From assembly GCA_910589655.1 (NCBI GenBank), contig CAJUTJ010000192.1, positions 1,051-65,050 on the forward strand: DNA of 64,000 nt, read 5' to 3'. The position numbers were made by a program, and so were the translations under genes. A model generated the notes under the pieces. The model searched no databases. It had not been told where the DNA came from and worked only from the letters and a program-made list of their open reading frames with translations. Source of the DNA: an uncultured Acetatifactor sp. (GTDB lineage: Bacteria; Bacillota; Clostridia; Lachnospirales; Lachnospiraceae). This document shows positions 38,679 to 47,496 of this stretch, in pieces. Position 1 is the first letter of the stretch. Every line of letters begins with the position of its first letter.

Positions 38679-40727
38679 CTACAGCCAAAAAGCAATCAGG
38701 TACATAGCCTTGGAAAAAAGGTCGGAACGGTTCTGCATCAAGGACTCCGAGGTATCCAGAAAGAAACTCATTCCCTGAAACGTTATTTCCGACACGAAGC
38801 AGAGCAGCAATAAAGTGATGAACCATCTTTTCACGGAGGGGTTCGTCATTTTTTTTGAACAAAACAGCATCCACACGGATAAAAGAGCGGCAAACATGAT
38901 AAAAAATGAGAAATCATTGAAATACCGCCATAAAATACCGGACATTTCCGTATCCGCCACAAGGATCACCAGAGCGGAAAGGAAACTGCCCATGGATAAG
39001 ATGCACGGAAGCTTATGGGAATGCGCGCACTTTTTCCTGAGGAAGAAAGGGATGCCTGCCAGCCATGCAAAAAGGTGTGTTGCAAATAAGCCGCCCGGAG
39101 TAAATTCTTGGATGGTAATGCCCATGTAATGTGTGCTGGCAAACAAGGTTTCCATAAAGGGAAAATCCGTGGTCAGCTTCACAGGCTGGAACAGATAGAC
39201 AAAAATTCCATAAGGGATTCTTCCCCAAACCCATCCCCGGTATCTCATATCATTTGTGGTCAGATTGTAGGATGCGCCAAAGTCAAAGACAGACCCAAAT
39301 CTGGCATAATTATAATACATTAAAAAAGCAGCTATGGCTAAAACCGGTGCGGCAGCGGCAAGAACGGCCCGTCTGCCCTCCCTCTGCCTATAGAAGTCCA
39401 TTGAGAACAAATATTTTCTAAATAATATTACCGGAAAGACCATAAATAAGATCAACTGAGGGCGGCAGCCCGCCGTCAATGCCGTTAATAGAGCGCCGGC
39501 AGATAAATATTTCAGGGAAATGCGTTCCGGCTCGTCTGCTTTCAGAAAACACCAGAATCCCGTCATACCCAGCGCCAATCCCGTTACGATAGGCAGAGTG
39601 TAAAGATCGGGGCGTTTTGCCATGTATACCACATTGCTCCCCAGAAGAAAGAGTTCGGCGGTTAAAAACCATATGCCGAGAGACAGATGGGGAAACCATT
39701 TCCGAATGATTTCATGCAGTGTTCCGATAGTACCTAAAAGCAGTAGAGTTAAGGAGAAAAATACCGCAATATAATTGGGCAGGGCGCCCCCTGTCAGTAC
39801 ATGGTAGGGAAAGTAGTAAAGTAATACGGGAACTATACCGAAGTAAACATAATATTTTCCTTGGAAAAAGGCGGTATCCCAACGATAATCCTCACCGGCT
39901 GCGGAGAGGGTATCGCATCGGAGGGTCATATCGTAAGGATTGTCGAGACCTTTTAAAGTCTCTCCCGGTTCTGCAAGCAAAGCCAGCGATTGTTCCCGAA
40001 AAGCTTGTGCAAGCTCCTGATATTGTTTGTGGTGTTCCGGAAGATTCCATGTAAAAGTCGGATTGAGTCCGGCCAGTTTCCAGAAAACGGCAATGTGCAT
40101 AAAAAATAAAACGGCCAGCGCCATTGTCCGTTTGGGGGCGGAAAGCTTCAGATAAGGTATATCGTAAATCCGGGAAGAAGGCCGCATCAAATAGAAAAAG
40201 CATAGGGAAACAAACAATCCGGCCATTCGAAATAAGGAAAAGGATATGGGAATAACAGGATTCAGCTTTATCTCAAAAGAAACGGCGGAATAGAGGGATA
40301 AGTCCGGAATAAAACGCAGTCCGGTACAATTTCCGTATAAATGGTAAATAGAATACCGGCTCTTAGGCTGGGTGGACCAAAGCTTTTTCACAGGCAGGAA
40401 ATATTCTGACAGATTGCCCTCATCCGTAACACACTGGTATACATCGGTAACGATGGGAAGTGCGGTTTCCACATTGTGGACAGTAATATTGAAATATACG
40501 GATTTCAAGTCTAAATTGAGATTCGGGATTGTGACGGAAGAGTCACCTTCAACCACATAAAAGGTGCCGTATTCATTGGGAACATAAGCGTCTCCCAAAA
40601 TTATCCTCTCGGGGATGACCTCATGATTGCTTAAAGTTGACCAATGTTTATAATTAAAAAGGAAAAGCTCCGCGAAAAAGCTGATTAAAAATAGAATAAA
40701 AACCGGAAAAAAGCGTCTGTTTTTCAT
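38679..40727 (-). CDS. Polytopic membrane protein, probable GT-C glycosyltransferase
   Basis: About 12 TM; WDTAFFQGKYYVYFG, AGCRPQ and YNYARFGSVFDFG loop motifs. Confidence 0.6.
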   Translation of the reverse strand: MKNRRFFPVFILFLISFFAELFLFNYKHWSTLSNHEVIPERIILGDAYVPNEYGTFYVVEGDSSVTIPNLNLDLKSVYFNITVHNVETALPIVTDVYQCVTDEGNLSEYFLPVKKLWSTQPKSRYSIYHLYGNCTGLRFIPDLSLYSAVSFEIKLNPVIPISFSLFRMAGLFVSLCFFYLMRPSSRIYDIPYLKLSAPKRTMALAVLFFMHIAVFWKLAGLNPTFTWNLPEHHKQYQELAQAFREQSLALLAEPGETLKGLDNPYDMTLRCDTLSAAGEDYRWDTAFFQGKYYVYFGIVPVLLYYFPYHVLTGGALPNYIAVFFSLTLLLLGTIGTLHEIIRKWFPHLSLGIWFLTAELFLLGSNVVYMAKRPDLYTLPIVTGLALGMTGFWCFLKADEPERISLKYLSAGALLTALTAGCRPQLILFMVFPVILFRKYLFSMDFYRQREGRRAVLAAAAPVLAIAAFLMYYNYARFGSVFDFGASYNLTTNDMRYRGWVWGRIPYGIFVYLFQPVKLTTDFPFMETLFASTHYMGITIQEFTPGGLFATHLFAWLAGIPFFLRKKCAHSHKLPCILSMGSFLSALVILVADTEMSGILWRYFNDFSFFIMFAALLSVWMLFCSKKMTNPSVKRWFITLLLLCFVSEITFQGMSFFLDTSESLMQNRSDLFSKAMYLIAFWL

Positions 40728-40753
40728 GAAATAACGAGTCCCTTTCATCTGTG

Positions 40754-40856
40754 GTAATAGCTCTCTCCTGCGGCCTTCGCGCATGTCTGTCCCAGACTTG
40801 TTACGCAGAAACAGCGTGAAAACACCTCGCGGCGGCAGCGAGTGAACAGCAGTTAC
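40754..40856. repeat. Family A partial copy
   Basis: CGCGCATGTCTGTC..GTGAAAACACCTCGCGGCGGCAGCGAGTGAACAG matches 38120-38197. Confidence 0.7.
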
Positions 40857-40861
40857 AGTGT

Positions 40862-41002
40862 GTAACAGCTCAGACAGGGCACTGAACCGTTACGAGAATG
40901 CACATAAAATGCGGAAAGAATGCGTTTTGGCGCCTGCATGTCTCGTAAAATCGCAGAAAGACGCGATTTTGACTTCGCGGGAGGGGGTGTCTGAACTGTT
41001 AC
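40862..41002. repeat. TIR-bounded element related to family A
   Basis: GTAACAGCTCAGACA..TGTCTGAACTGTTAC (14/15 inverted match); internal hairpin AAAATCGC..GCGATTTT. Confidence 0.65.
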
Positions 41003-41041
41003 TACAGTGTATCATATGAATGAAAAAAGTTAAAGTTTGAA

Positions 41042-41071
41042 TTGACATTTCGGGCAGAATTATGTTATATT
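41042..41071 (+). promoter_or_regulatory. SigA promoter of the polyamine cluster
   Basis: TTGACA-18 bp-TATATT with extended -10 TGn. Confidence 0.65.
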
Positions 41072-41122
41072 TTGAGCGTATGGAAAACAGATTTGTTAAG
41101 AGTCTTCCATGCAAATATTTTG

Positions 41123-41385
41123 GCAACTATGTTGCTTTATTGATTGAGTTAAAAGCTCAAATTTTATAAGTTGGTTACTATAAACCGGTGCTGATGCACA
41201 CCTAACTTGTGAAACGGTCAATAAGAGTAGTAAAAGTAAAATATTTGCTATATAGACTCTAAAAACCACATATCTGTTTATTCTTATTTTCTGTCCGCCA
41301 AGGGCAGAAGCGGTGTCAGGAAGAGGAAAGAATAATACAGAATTTACAAGACAAGTGACGGTAGTGTCCCTTGTCTTTTATTTTT
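41123..41385 (+). ncRNA. Structured cis-regulatory leader of speD, candidate ldcC-type RNA motif with attenuator
   Basis: Multibranch fold closed by TTATTGA/TCAATAA, long hairpin 41274-41340, terminator AAGACAAG..CTTGTCTT plus T-run upstream of speD. Confidence 0.55.
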
Positions 41386-41512
41386 AGATTAAAGGCGGCT
41401 TCCATGTTCCATCCAGAGAGATATTCTCGCATTTTTCGCACGAAAAATCGGAAACGCATTTCCGGGCGTTTCTGCAAGGCGGGGCTGGCTGGGAGGGGGT
41501 TAGGAGAAGAAC

Positions 41513-42271
41513 ATGAGTGAAAAGATTTCCCTGTACGGATTCAATAATTTAACCAAATCCTTAAGCTTTAATATTTATGATGTATGTTATGCGAAATCCC
41601 AGCGGGAGCAAAAGGATTATATTGCTTATATCGATCAACAGTATAACTCCGAGAGACTGGTCAAGCTTCTGACCAATGTGACGGACATGATAGGCGCCAA
41701 TGTGCTGAATATTTCCAGTCAGGATTATGAGCCTCAGGGAAGCTCCGTTACTATTTTAATCGGGGAAAAGAGTAAGATTCCCGCCGGAGACACCACCGTA
41801 GCGCATTTGGACAAGAGCCATATTACGGTGCACACTTATCCGGAGTATCATCCGGAAACCTGTCTTGCCACTTTCCGGGTGGATATTGACGTGGCCACCT
41901 GCGGGGAGATTACGCCGCTCTCCACTCTGGATTATCTCATCGGCTCCTTTGATTCGGACATTATTACGATGGATTACCGGGTGAGGGGGTTTACCAGAGA
42001 TTTAGGCGGGCATAAGCTGTTTATGGATCACAGAATGACATCCATTCAGGATTATATTGCGGCAGAAACGCGGAAAAAATATGATTCCGTGGATATTAAT
42101 GTATATGATGCCAATATTTTTCATACCAAGATGTTGATTAAGGATATTGATCTCCAGAATTACTTGTTCAACAGTGATGTCTATGAGCTTCCGCCCAAGA
42201 CAAGACTGGAGATTACAGATAATCTGCGCAGGGAAATGATAGAGATCTTCAGCGGCAGGAATATCTATTGA
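41513..42271 (+). CDS. speD: S-adenosylmethionine decarboxylase proenzyme (E. coli-type)
   Basis: [32 protein letters not shown] self-cleavage site, [10 protein letters not shown]. Confidence 0.93.
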   Translation: MSEKISLYGFNNLTKSLSFNIYDVCYAKSQREQKDYIAYIDQQYNSERLVKLLTNVTDMIGANVLNISSQDYEPQGSSVTILIGEKSKIPAGDTTVAHLDKSHITVHTYPEYHPETCLATFRVDIDVATCGEITPLSTLDYLIGSFDSDIITMDYRVRGFTRDLGGHKLFMDHRMTSIQDYIAAETRKKYDSVDINVYDANIFHTKMLIKDIDLQNYLFNSDVYELPPKTRLEITDNLRREMIEIFSGRNIY

Positions 42272-42308
42272 GAGAATGGGCATATGCAGGCAGAAGGAAG
42301 TTACGGGC

Positions 42309-43769
42309 ATGGGAAGATATAATCAGGAGAGAGCGCCTATTTATGAGGCTTTGGAAGAATTCAGGCAGAACAGGATCGTTCCCTTTGATGTGCCGGGACA
42401 CAAAAGGGGCAGAGGCAATCCGGAGCTGATACGGCTTTTGGGGCAGCAGTGTGTGGGAATAGATGTCAATTCCATGAAGCCCTTGGACAATTTATGCCAT
42501 CCTGTGTCAGTGATCCGCGAGGCGGAGGAGATGGCGGCGGAGGCATTTGGCGCCGCTTATGCTTTTCTGATGGTGGGAGGAACCACTTCGTCGGTACAGA
42601 GCATGGTGCTCAGCGCCTGCAAGAGGGGTGAGAAAATTATTCTGCCCAGAAATGTACATCGGAGCGTCATCAATGCGCTGGTGCTGAACGGAGCCACTCC
42701 CATATATGTGAATCCCGATATGGACAGCAGGCTGGGAATTGCATTGGGCATGAGAGTTTCGCAGGTGGAGAAGACCATCCGTGAAAATCCGGATGCGGTG
42801 GCGGTGCTGGTGAATAATCCCACTTATTACGGAATTTGTTCCGATCTGCGCAGCATTGTAAAGGTTGCCCATGCCGGCGGCATGAAGGTGCTGGTGGACG
42901 AGGCTCACGGAACCCACTTTTATTTCGGGGAAAATATGCCCGTATCCGCTATGGCGGCGGGTGCGGATATGGCTTCCGTCAGTATGCACAAGTCCGGCGG
43001 AAGCCTGACACAAAGTTCGTTTCTGCTGACCGGACCGGCGATGCATCCCGGATATGTGCGCCAGATCATTAATCTGACCCAGACCACCAGCGCATCTTAT
43101 CTGCTTTTGGCCAGTCTGGATATTTCCAGAAGAAATCTGGCGCTGCGGGGGAAAAAGGAATTCCGCAAGGTGACTGCACTGGCGGAGTATGCCAGAGAGG
43201 AGATCAACCGAATCGGCGGATACTACGCATATACGTCGGAGCTGATTAACGGGGACAGTATTTTTGACTTTGACAAGACGAAGCTCACGATCAATACGCT
43301 GGAAATCGGGCTGGCCGGAATCGAGGTCTATGATATTCTTCGGGAGGAGTATGATATCCAGATGGAACTGGGAGATATTGCCAATGTGTTGGCTTATATT
43401 TCCATCGGAGACAGAGAGCGGGATATCGAGAGATTAATCGGCGCGATGGTAGAGATTAAACGAAAGTACGGCAGGGATAACACGGGAATGTTTACACAGG
43501 AATACATTGAGCCTAAGGTTGCCGTTTCCCCCCAGAATGCTTTTTATGCGGAAAAGGAATCGCTGTCACTGTTGGAGACGGAAGGCCGCATATGCAGCGA
43601 ATTTGTTATGTGCTATCCTCCCGGGATTCCGATATTGGCGCCGGGGGAGGAGATTACCAAGGATATTTTGGAATATATTTCATATGCAAAGGAAAAAGGA
43701 TGCTCCATGACGGGACCTGAGGATCCCGGCATTGAGAGGCTTAATGTATTGAAAGAGGTCTGGGCATAG
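42309..43769 (+). CDS. speA: Orn/Lys/Arg decarboxylase, probably arginine decarboxylase
   Basis: FDVPGHK, DEAHG, SMHKSGGSLTQSS (PLP Lys), YPPGIP; substrate inferred from aguAB in the cluster. Confidence 0.8.
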   Translation: MGRYNQERAPIYEALEEFRQNRIVPFDVPGHKRGRGNPELIRLLGQQCVGIDVNSMKPLDNLCHPVSVIREAEEMAAEAFGAAYAFLMVGGTTSSVQSMVLSACKRGEKIILPRNVHRSVINALVLNGATPIYVNPDMDSRLGIALGMRVSQVEKTIRENPDAVAVLVNNPTYYGICSDLRSIVKVAHAGGMKVLVDEAHGTHFYFGENMPVSAMAAGADMASVSMHKSGGSLTQSSFLLTGPAMHPGYVRQIINLTQTTSASYLLLASLDISRRNLALRGKKEFRKVTALAEYAREEINRIGGYYAYTSELINGDSIFDFDKTKLTINTLEIGLAGIEVYDILREEYDIQMELGDIANVLAYISIGDRERDIERLIGAMVEIKRKYGRDNTGMFTQEYIEPKVAVSPQNAFYAEKESLSLLETEGRICSEFVMCYPPGIPILAPGEEITKDILEYISYAKEKGCSMTGPEDPGIERLNVLKEVWA

Positions 43770-43797
43770 AGTGAAACAATATTTGGAATAAATTGTC

Positions 43798-44089
43798 TTA
43801 GAGTGCTGACGGTATTACATTTTGCTAAATGTCTTGTCTGAATTTCCATCTGCAGCGTTAGATTTCCTAGACGCAGCCACCGCTGCGCCGTCGGAAATCT
43901 GCCCTGCAGACTGAAAATTCATTCCCGCCATTTGAGCGCCCAATTCGCGTGATATTTGAGCCAAATTCAGGTTACATAGCCCGCTATGCGCCCTTCATTT
44001 GGCTAATCATTAATCATCTGTAAGATGATTTCATCGCCCATAAATTGTGACGCACATCTGTCAGAAAGTAATTTTCAAACACACTCTAA
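43798..44089. repeat. MITE-like structured insertion, family B
   Basis: TTAGAGTG..CACTCTAA ends, two nested hairpins; related fragments near 23128-23157 and 13489-13504. Confidence 0.65.
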
Positions 44090-44119
44090 GGGACGGAACA
44101 GGAATAGGAGGGTATTGAT

Positions 44120-44980
44120 ATGGAGCTTTGGTTTTCGGAACCGCATACACCAAATGTAAGGTTGTCTATTCGTGTGGACAGGCAGTTGTACAGCGGACAG
44201 AGTGAATTTCAACAGATTGAAGTGTTTGAATCTCCGGAATTCGGACGTTTTCTGGTGTTGGACGGTTACATTATGCTGACGGAAAAAGATGAGTTTATTT
44301 ACCATGAGATGATCGTGCATGTGCCCATGGCGGTGCACCCTGATGTAAAAAAGGTGCTTGTAATCGGTGCGGGGGACGGCGGCGTGGTGAGAGAACTGGT
44401 TCGTTATCCGGAGGTCGAGCACATTGATCTGGTGGAAATAGACGAGGAAGTCATCAAAGTCTGCATGGACTACATGCCAAAGACATCCTGTGAAATGAGG
44501 AACGAGAAAGTACAAGTTCATCTGGAGGACGGTTTAAAATTTGTCCGCTCCAGAGAAGACGAATACGATTTGGTTATTGTGGATTCGACGGATCCCTTTG
44601 GACCGGGAGAGGGATTGTTTACGAAAGAATTTTACGGGAACTGCTACAAGGCGCTGAAGGAAGACGGCATTATGGTCAATCAACATGAAAGTCCCTTCTA
44701 CGAATCGGATGCCACGGCCTGTATGCGTGCCCATAAGCGGATTGTGGAGAGCTTCCCGATCAGCCGCGTCTATCAGGCGCATATTCCTACGTATCCTTCG
44801 GGACATTGGCTGTTCGGTTTTGCATCGAAAAAATACCATCCCGTGCATGATCTCGATGTGGAGCGGTGGATGGAAAGGGAATTGGAGACAAAGTATTATA
44901 CTCCCAAGCTTCATGAAGGGGCATTCTGTCTGCCCGCCTATGTGGAAAAGCTATTGCGGAAAGTGGAGGTACACGATTAA
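44120..44980 (+). CDS. speE: Polyamine aminopropyltransferase (spermidine synthase)
   Basis: DEFIYHEM, LVIGAGDGG, LVEIDE, IVDSTDP, PTYPSG. Confidence 0.95.
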   Translation: MELWFSEPHTPNVRLSIRVDRQLYSGQSEFQQIEVFESPEFGRFLVLDGYIMLTEKDEFIYHEMIVHVPMAVHPDVKKVLVIGAGDGGVVRELVRYPEVEHIDLVEIDEEVIKVCMDYMPKTSCEMRNEKVQVHLEDGLKFVRSREDEYDLVIVDSTDPFGPGEGLFTKEFYGNCYKALKEDGIMVNQHESPFYESDATACMRAHKRIVESFPISRVYQAHIPTYPSGHWLFGFASKKYHPVHDLDVERWMERELETKYYTPKLHEGAFCLPAYVEKLLRKVEVHD

Positions 44981-46242
44981 TGGCAAAAATAGTAATTATC
45001 GGATGCGGGGGCGTAGCTTCCGTGGCAATTCAAAAATGTGCCGGGAAGGCAGATGTATTCACGGAAATCTGTATAGCCAGCCGCACGGTGGGCAAGTGTG
45101 ACGCTTTGAAGGCAAAGCTGGAAGAACAAGGAACAAAGGCTGTAATAACCACCGCGGAAGTGAACGCCGATGATGTGGAGGAGCTGATCGGGCTTCTTAA
45201 AAAAGAACAGCCCAAGGCAGTATTAAATTTGGCGCTGCCTTATCAGGATCTGACCATAATGGAGGCTTGTCTTGCCTGTGGAGTGGACTATATTGACACG
45301 GCCAATTATGAACCGGAGGATACGGAAGATCCGGCATGGCGGGCCGCATATGAAAAGCGCTGCAAGGAAGAAGGCTTTACGGCGTATTTTGATTATTCTT
45401 GGCAGTGGGCATACAGGGAGCGTTTTGAACAGGCGGGTATTACGGCCTTGCTGGGCAGCGGCTTTGATCCCGGTGTCACCAGTGTATTTTCCGCCTATGC
45501 ATTGAAGCATTATTTTGACGAAATTCATACTATTGATATTATGGACTGTAACGGAGGAGATCACGGTTATCCCTTTGCCACTAATTTTAATCCGGAAATT
45601 AATCTCCGGGAGGTTTCCGCAAACGGCTCTTATTGGGAAGACGGACATTGGGTGGAGACAGAACCCATGGAGATCAAAAGAGAGTATGATTTTGCGCAGG
45701 TGGGAAAGAAGGATATGTACCTTCTCCATCACGAGGAGATAGAGTCTCTGGCCAAAAATATCCCGGGCATTAAGAGAATCCGGTTCTTTATGACCTTTGG
45801 CCAGAGTTACCTGACACATATGAAATGTCTGGAAAATGTTGGTATGCTGCGCACCGATACCGTGACATTTGAGGGAAAAGAGATTGTGCCCATACAGTTT
45901 TTAAAGGCGTTGCTGCCGGATCCGGCATCTCTGGGATCCCGCACGGTAGGGAAGACTAACATTGGCTGTATTTTTACCGGAGTAAAGGACGGCGAGGAAA
46001 AATCCGTATATATATACAATGTCTGTGACCATCAGGAATGTTATCGGGAGCTTGGTTCTCAGGCCATTTCATATACTACGGGAGTGCCCGCTATGATCGG
46101 CGCTATGCTGGTAATGGACGGCACATGGAAAAAGCCCGGTGTTTTTACCGTGGAAGAATTCGATCCGGATCCCTTTATGGATGCATTGAATAAGTATGGA
46201 TTGCCATGGGTAGTGGAAGAAAATCCGGTGTTAGTGGATTGA
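44980..46242 (+). CDS. Carboxy(nor)spermidine dehydrogenase (saccharopine dehydrogenase family)
   Basis: IGCGGVA, LNLALPYQD, YIDTANYE, GSGFDPG, FATNFNPEIN, QAISYTTGVP; clustered with nspC. Confidence 0.9.
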   Translation: MAKIVIIGCGGVASVAIQKCAGKADVFTEICIASRTVGKCDALKAKLEEQGTKAVITTAEVNADDVEELIGLLKKEQPKAVLNLALPYQDLTIMEACLACGVDYIDTANYEPEDTEDPAWRAAYEKRCKEEGFTAYFDYSWQWAYRERFEQAGITALLGSGFDPGVTSVFSAYALKHYFDEIHTIDIMDCNGGDHGYPFATNFNPEINLREVSANGSYWEDGHWVETEPMEIKREYDFAQVGKKDMYLLHHEEIESLAKNIPGIKRIRFFMTFGQSYLTHMKCLENVGMLRTDTVTFEGKEIVPIQFLKALLPDPASLGSRTVGKTNIGCIFTGVKDGEEKSVYIYNVCDHQECYRELGSQAISYTTGVPAMIGAMLVMDGTWKKPGVFTVEEFDPDPFMDALNKYGLPWVVEENPVLVD

Positions 46243-46308
46243 TGAAAATCCGCCGATTGTACTAATGTATCGGAAAATCCGGAAATGCAAAATTTGTAGA
46301 AATAAGAA

Positions 46309-46353
46309 TTGCCAAAAAGCAGATTATTCTATATAATATACGCATAGCGTATA
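46309..46353 (+). promoter_or_regulatory. SigA promoter with overlapping palindromic operator
   Basis: TTGCCA-17 bp-TATAAT; TATACGC-ATA-GCGTATA overlaps the -10 and the predicted start site. Confidence 0.7.
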
Positions 46354-46466
46354 AGGGCGGAATAATTGCTTTTTGGTATATGTATGGTATCAAGTATGCC
46401 ATTCTTTCTATTTTCTATTCTGCCTGTATGAAATTTGTGTTTAAACAGAAGAGCGGAGGGCAGAGT

Positions 46467-47297
46467 ATGGAAGAATTGCAGTATGAAGAACTTGATTTCA
46501 CAAATGATTTTATATTTGCCAAAGTTATGCGGAACAAAGATTTATGTAAAAAGCTGCTGGAAGTTATTTTAGGAATCCGTATCAGGCATATTGAGTTTCC
46601 GGATGAGCAGAAGGTCATTGATATCTCGTCAGATGCAAAAAGTGTCCGTTTGGATGTATATGTGGAAGGTGAATTAGAAAACGTATATAACATTGAAATG
46701 CAGACCACCAATCCCAGAAACCTTCCCAAGCGGAGTAGATATTACCAAGGTATGATCGATTTAAATCAAATTGAAAAAGGGGCAGACTATAGTGAACTGA
46801 AGACTTGTTATGTTATCTTTATCTGCAAGCAAGACATTTTTCACCGTAATAGGAGTCTTTATGCTTTTGAAAACCGATGCGTGCAGGAATGGGATATATG
46901 CCTTGGTGATGAAACGAAAAAAGTATTTGTTAATCCATGCGGTGATATGAGTGATATTACTTTAGAATTAAAGAATTTTTTACTATATATCGATACGGGG
47001 AAAATACAGGATAAGTTTACGGCAGACTTGCAATCAGAGGTAGAACGGACTAAGAGCAATAAGGAATGGAGGAAAGAATATATGACATTACTTATGCGGG
47101 ACAGAGAAAACAGAGAAGAAGGAAGAAAAGAAGGAAGAGAAGAAGGCAAGGCTGAAGAGCGAATCAAAGCAATCGCAGATTTATATGCCGGCGGAGGGAC
47201 GGACGAGGAAGCCGAAAAGTATTTAAAGGCAACCAAAGAACAGATGGCACAGGCGAGAAAGCTGCTTGCAGCGGAAGAAAATAATTGTCGGGAGTAA
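46467..47297 (+). CDS. Rpn family PD-(D/E)XK nuclease (putative transposase family)
   Basis: NDFIFAKVM, VRLDV, NIEMQ, RSRYYQ, YVIFIC, C-terminal EEGRKEGREEG repeats; GGAGG RBS; visibly AT-richer than flanks. Confidence 0.88.
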   Translation: MEELQYEELDFTNDFIFAKVMRNKDLCKKLLEVILGIRIRHIEFPDEQKVIDISSDAKSVRLDVYVEGELENVYNIEMQTTNPRNLPKRSRYYQGMIDLNQIEKGADYSELKTCYVIFICKQDIFHRNRSLYAFENRCVQEWDICLGDETKKVFVNPCGDMSDITLELKNFLLYIDTGKIQDKFTADLQSEVERTKSNKEWRKEYMTLLMRDRENREEGRKEGREEGKAEERIKAIADLYAGGGTDEEAEKYLKATKEQMAQARKLLAAEENNCRE

Positions 47298-47303
47298 CGA
47301 ATA

Positions 47304-47492
47304 GTGGAGACAGGAAAGCAGCTGCTGGAAATCCGGCTGAAAACAGGAATGAACCGAAAGGAATTTGCGGAATATTTTGAAATACCATATCGTACCGTTC
47401 AAGACTGGGAATTGGGTAACCGTGAGATGCCCAAATATTTATTACGGTTGATAGCCTACAAGATCGAGATGGAAAAGTTAACGAAAGAATGA
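47304..47492 (+). CDS. Small XRE/HTH DNA-binding protein
   Basis: GMNRKEFAEYFEIPYRTVQDWELGNR helix-turn-helix. Confidence 0.85.
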   Translation: METGKQLLEIRLKTGMNRKEFAEYFEIPYRTVQDWELGNREMPKYLLRLIAYKIEMEKLTKE

Positions 47493-47496
47493 AAAA

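Noticed and set aside
41080..41512. SAM-I riboswitch or T-box in the speD leader
   Set aside because: No complete SAM-I core (the ATCCAGAG at 41411 lacks the downstream conserved elements) and no T-box GGTGGTACCGCG-like sequence
46467..47297. rpn as an autonomous insertion sequence
   Set aside because: No terminal inverted repeats or target duplication seen, and no DDE or HUH motifs
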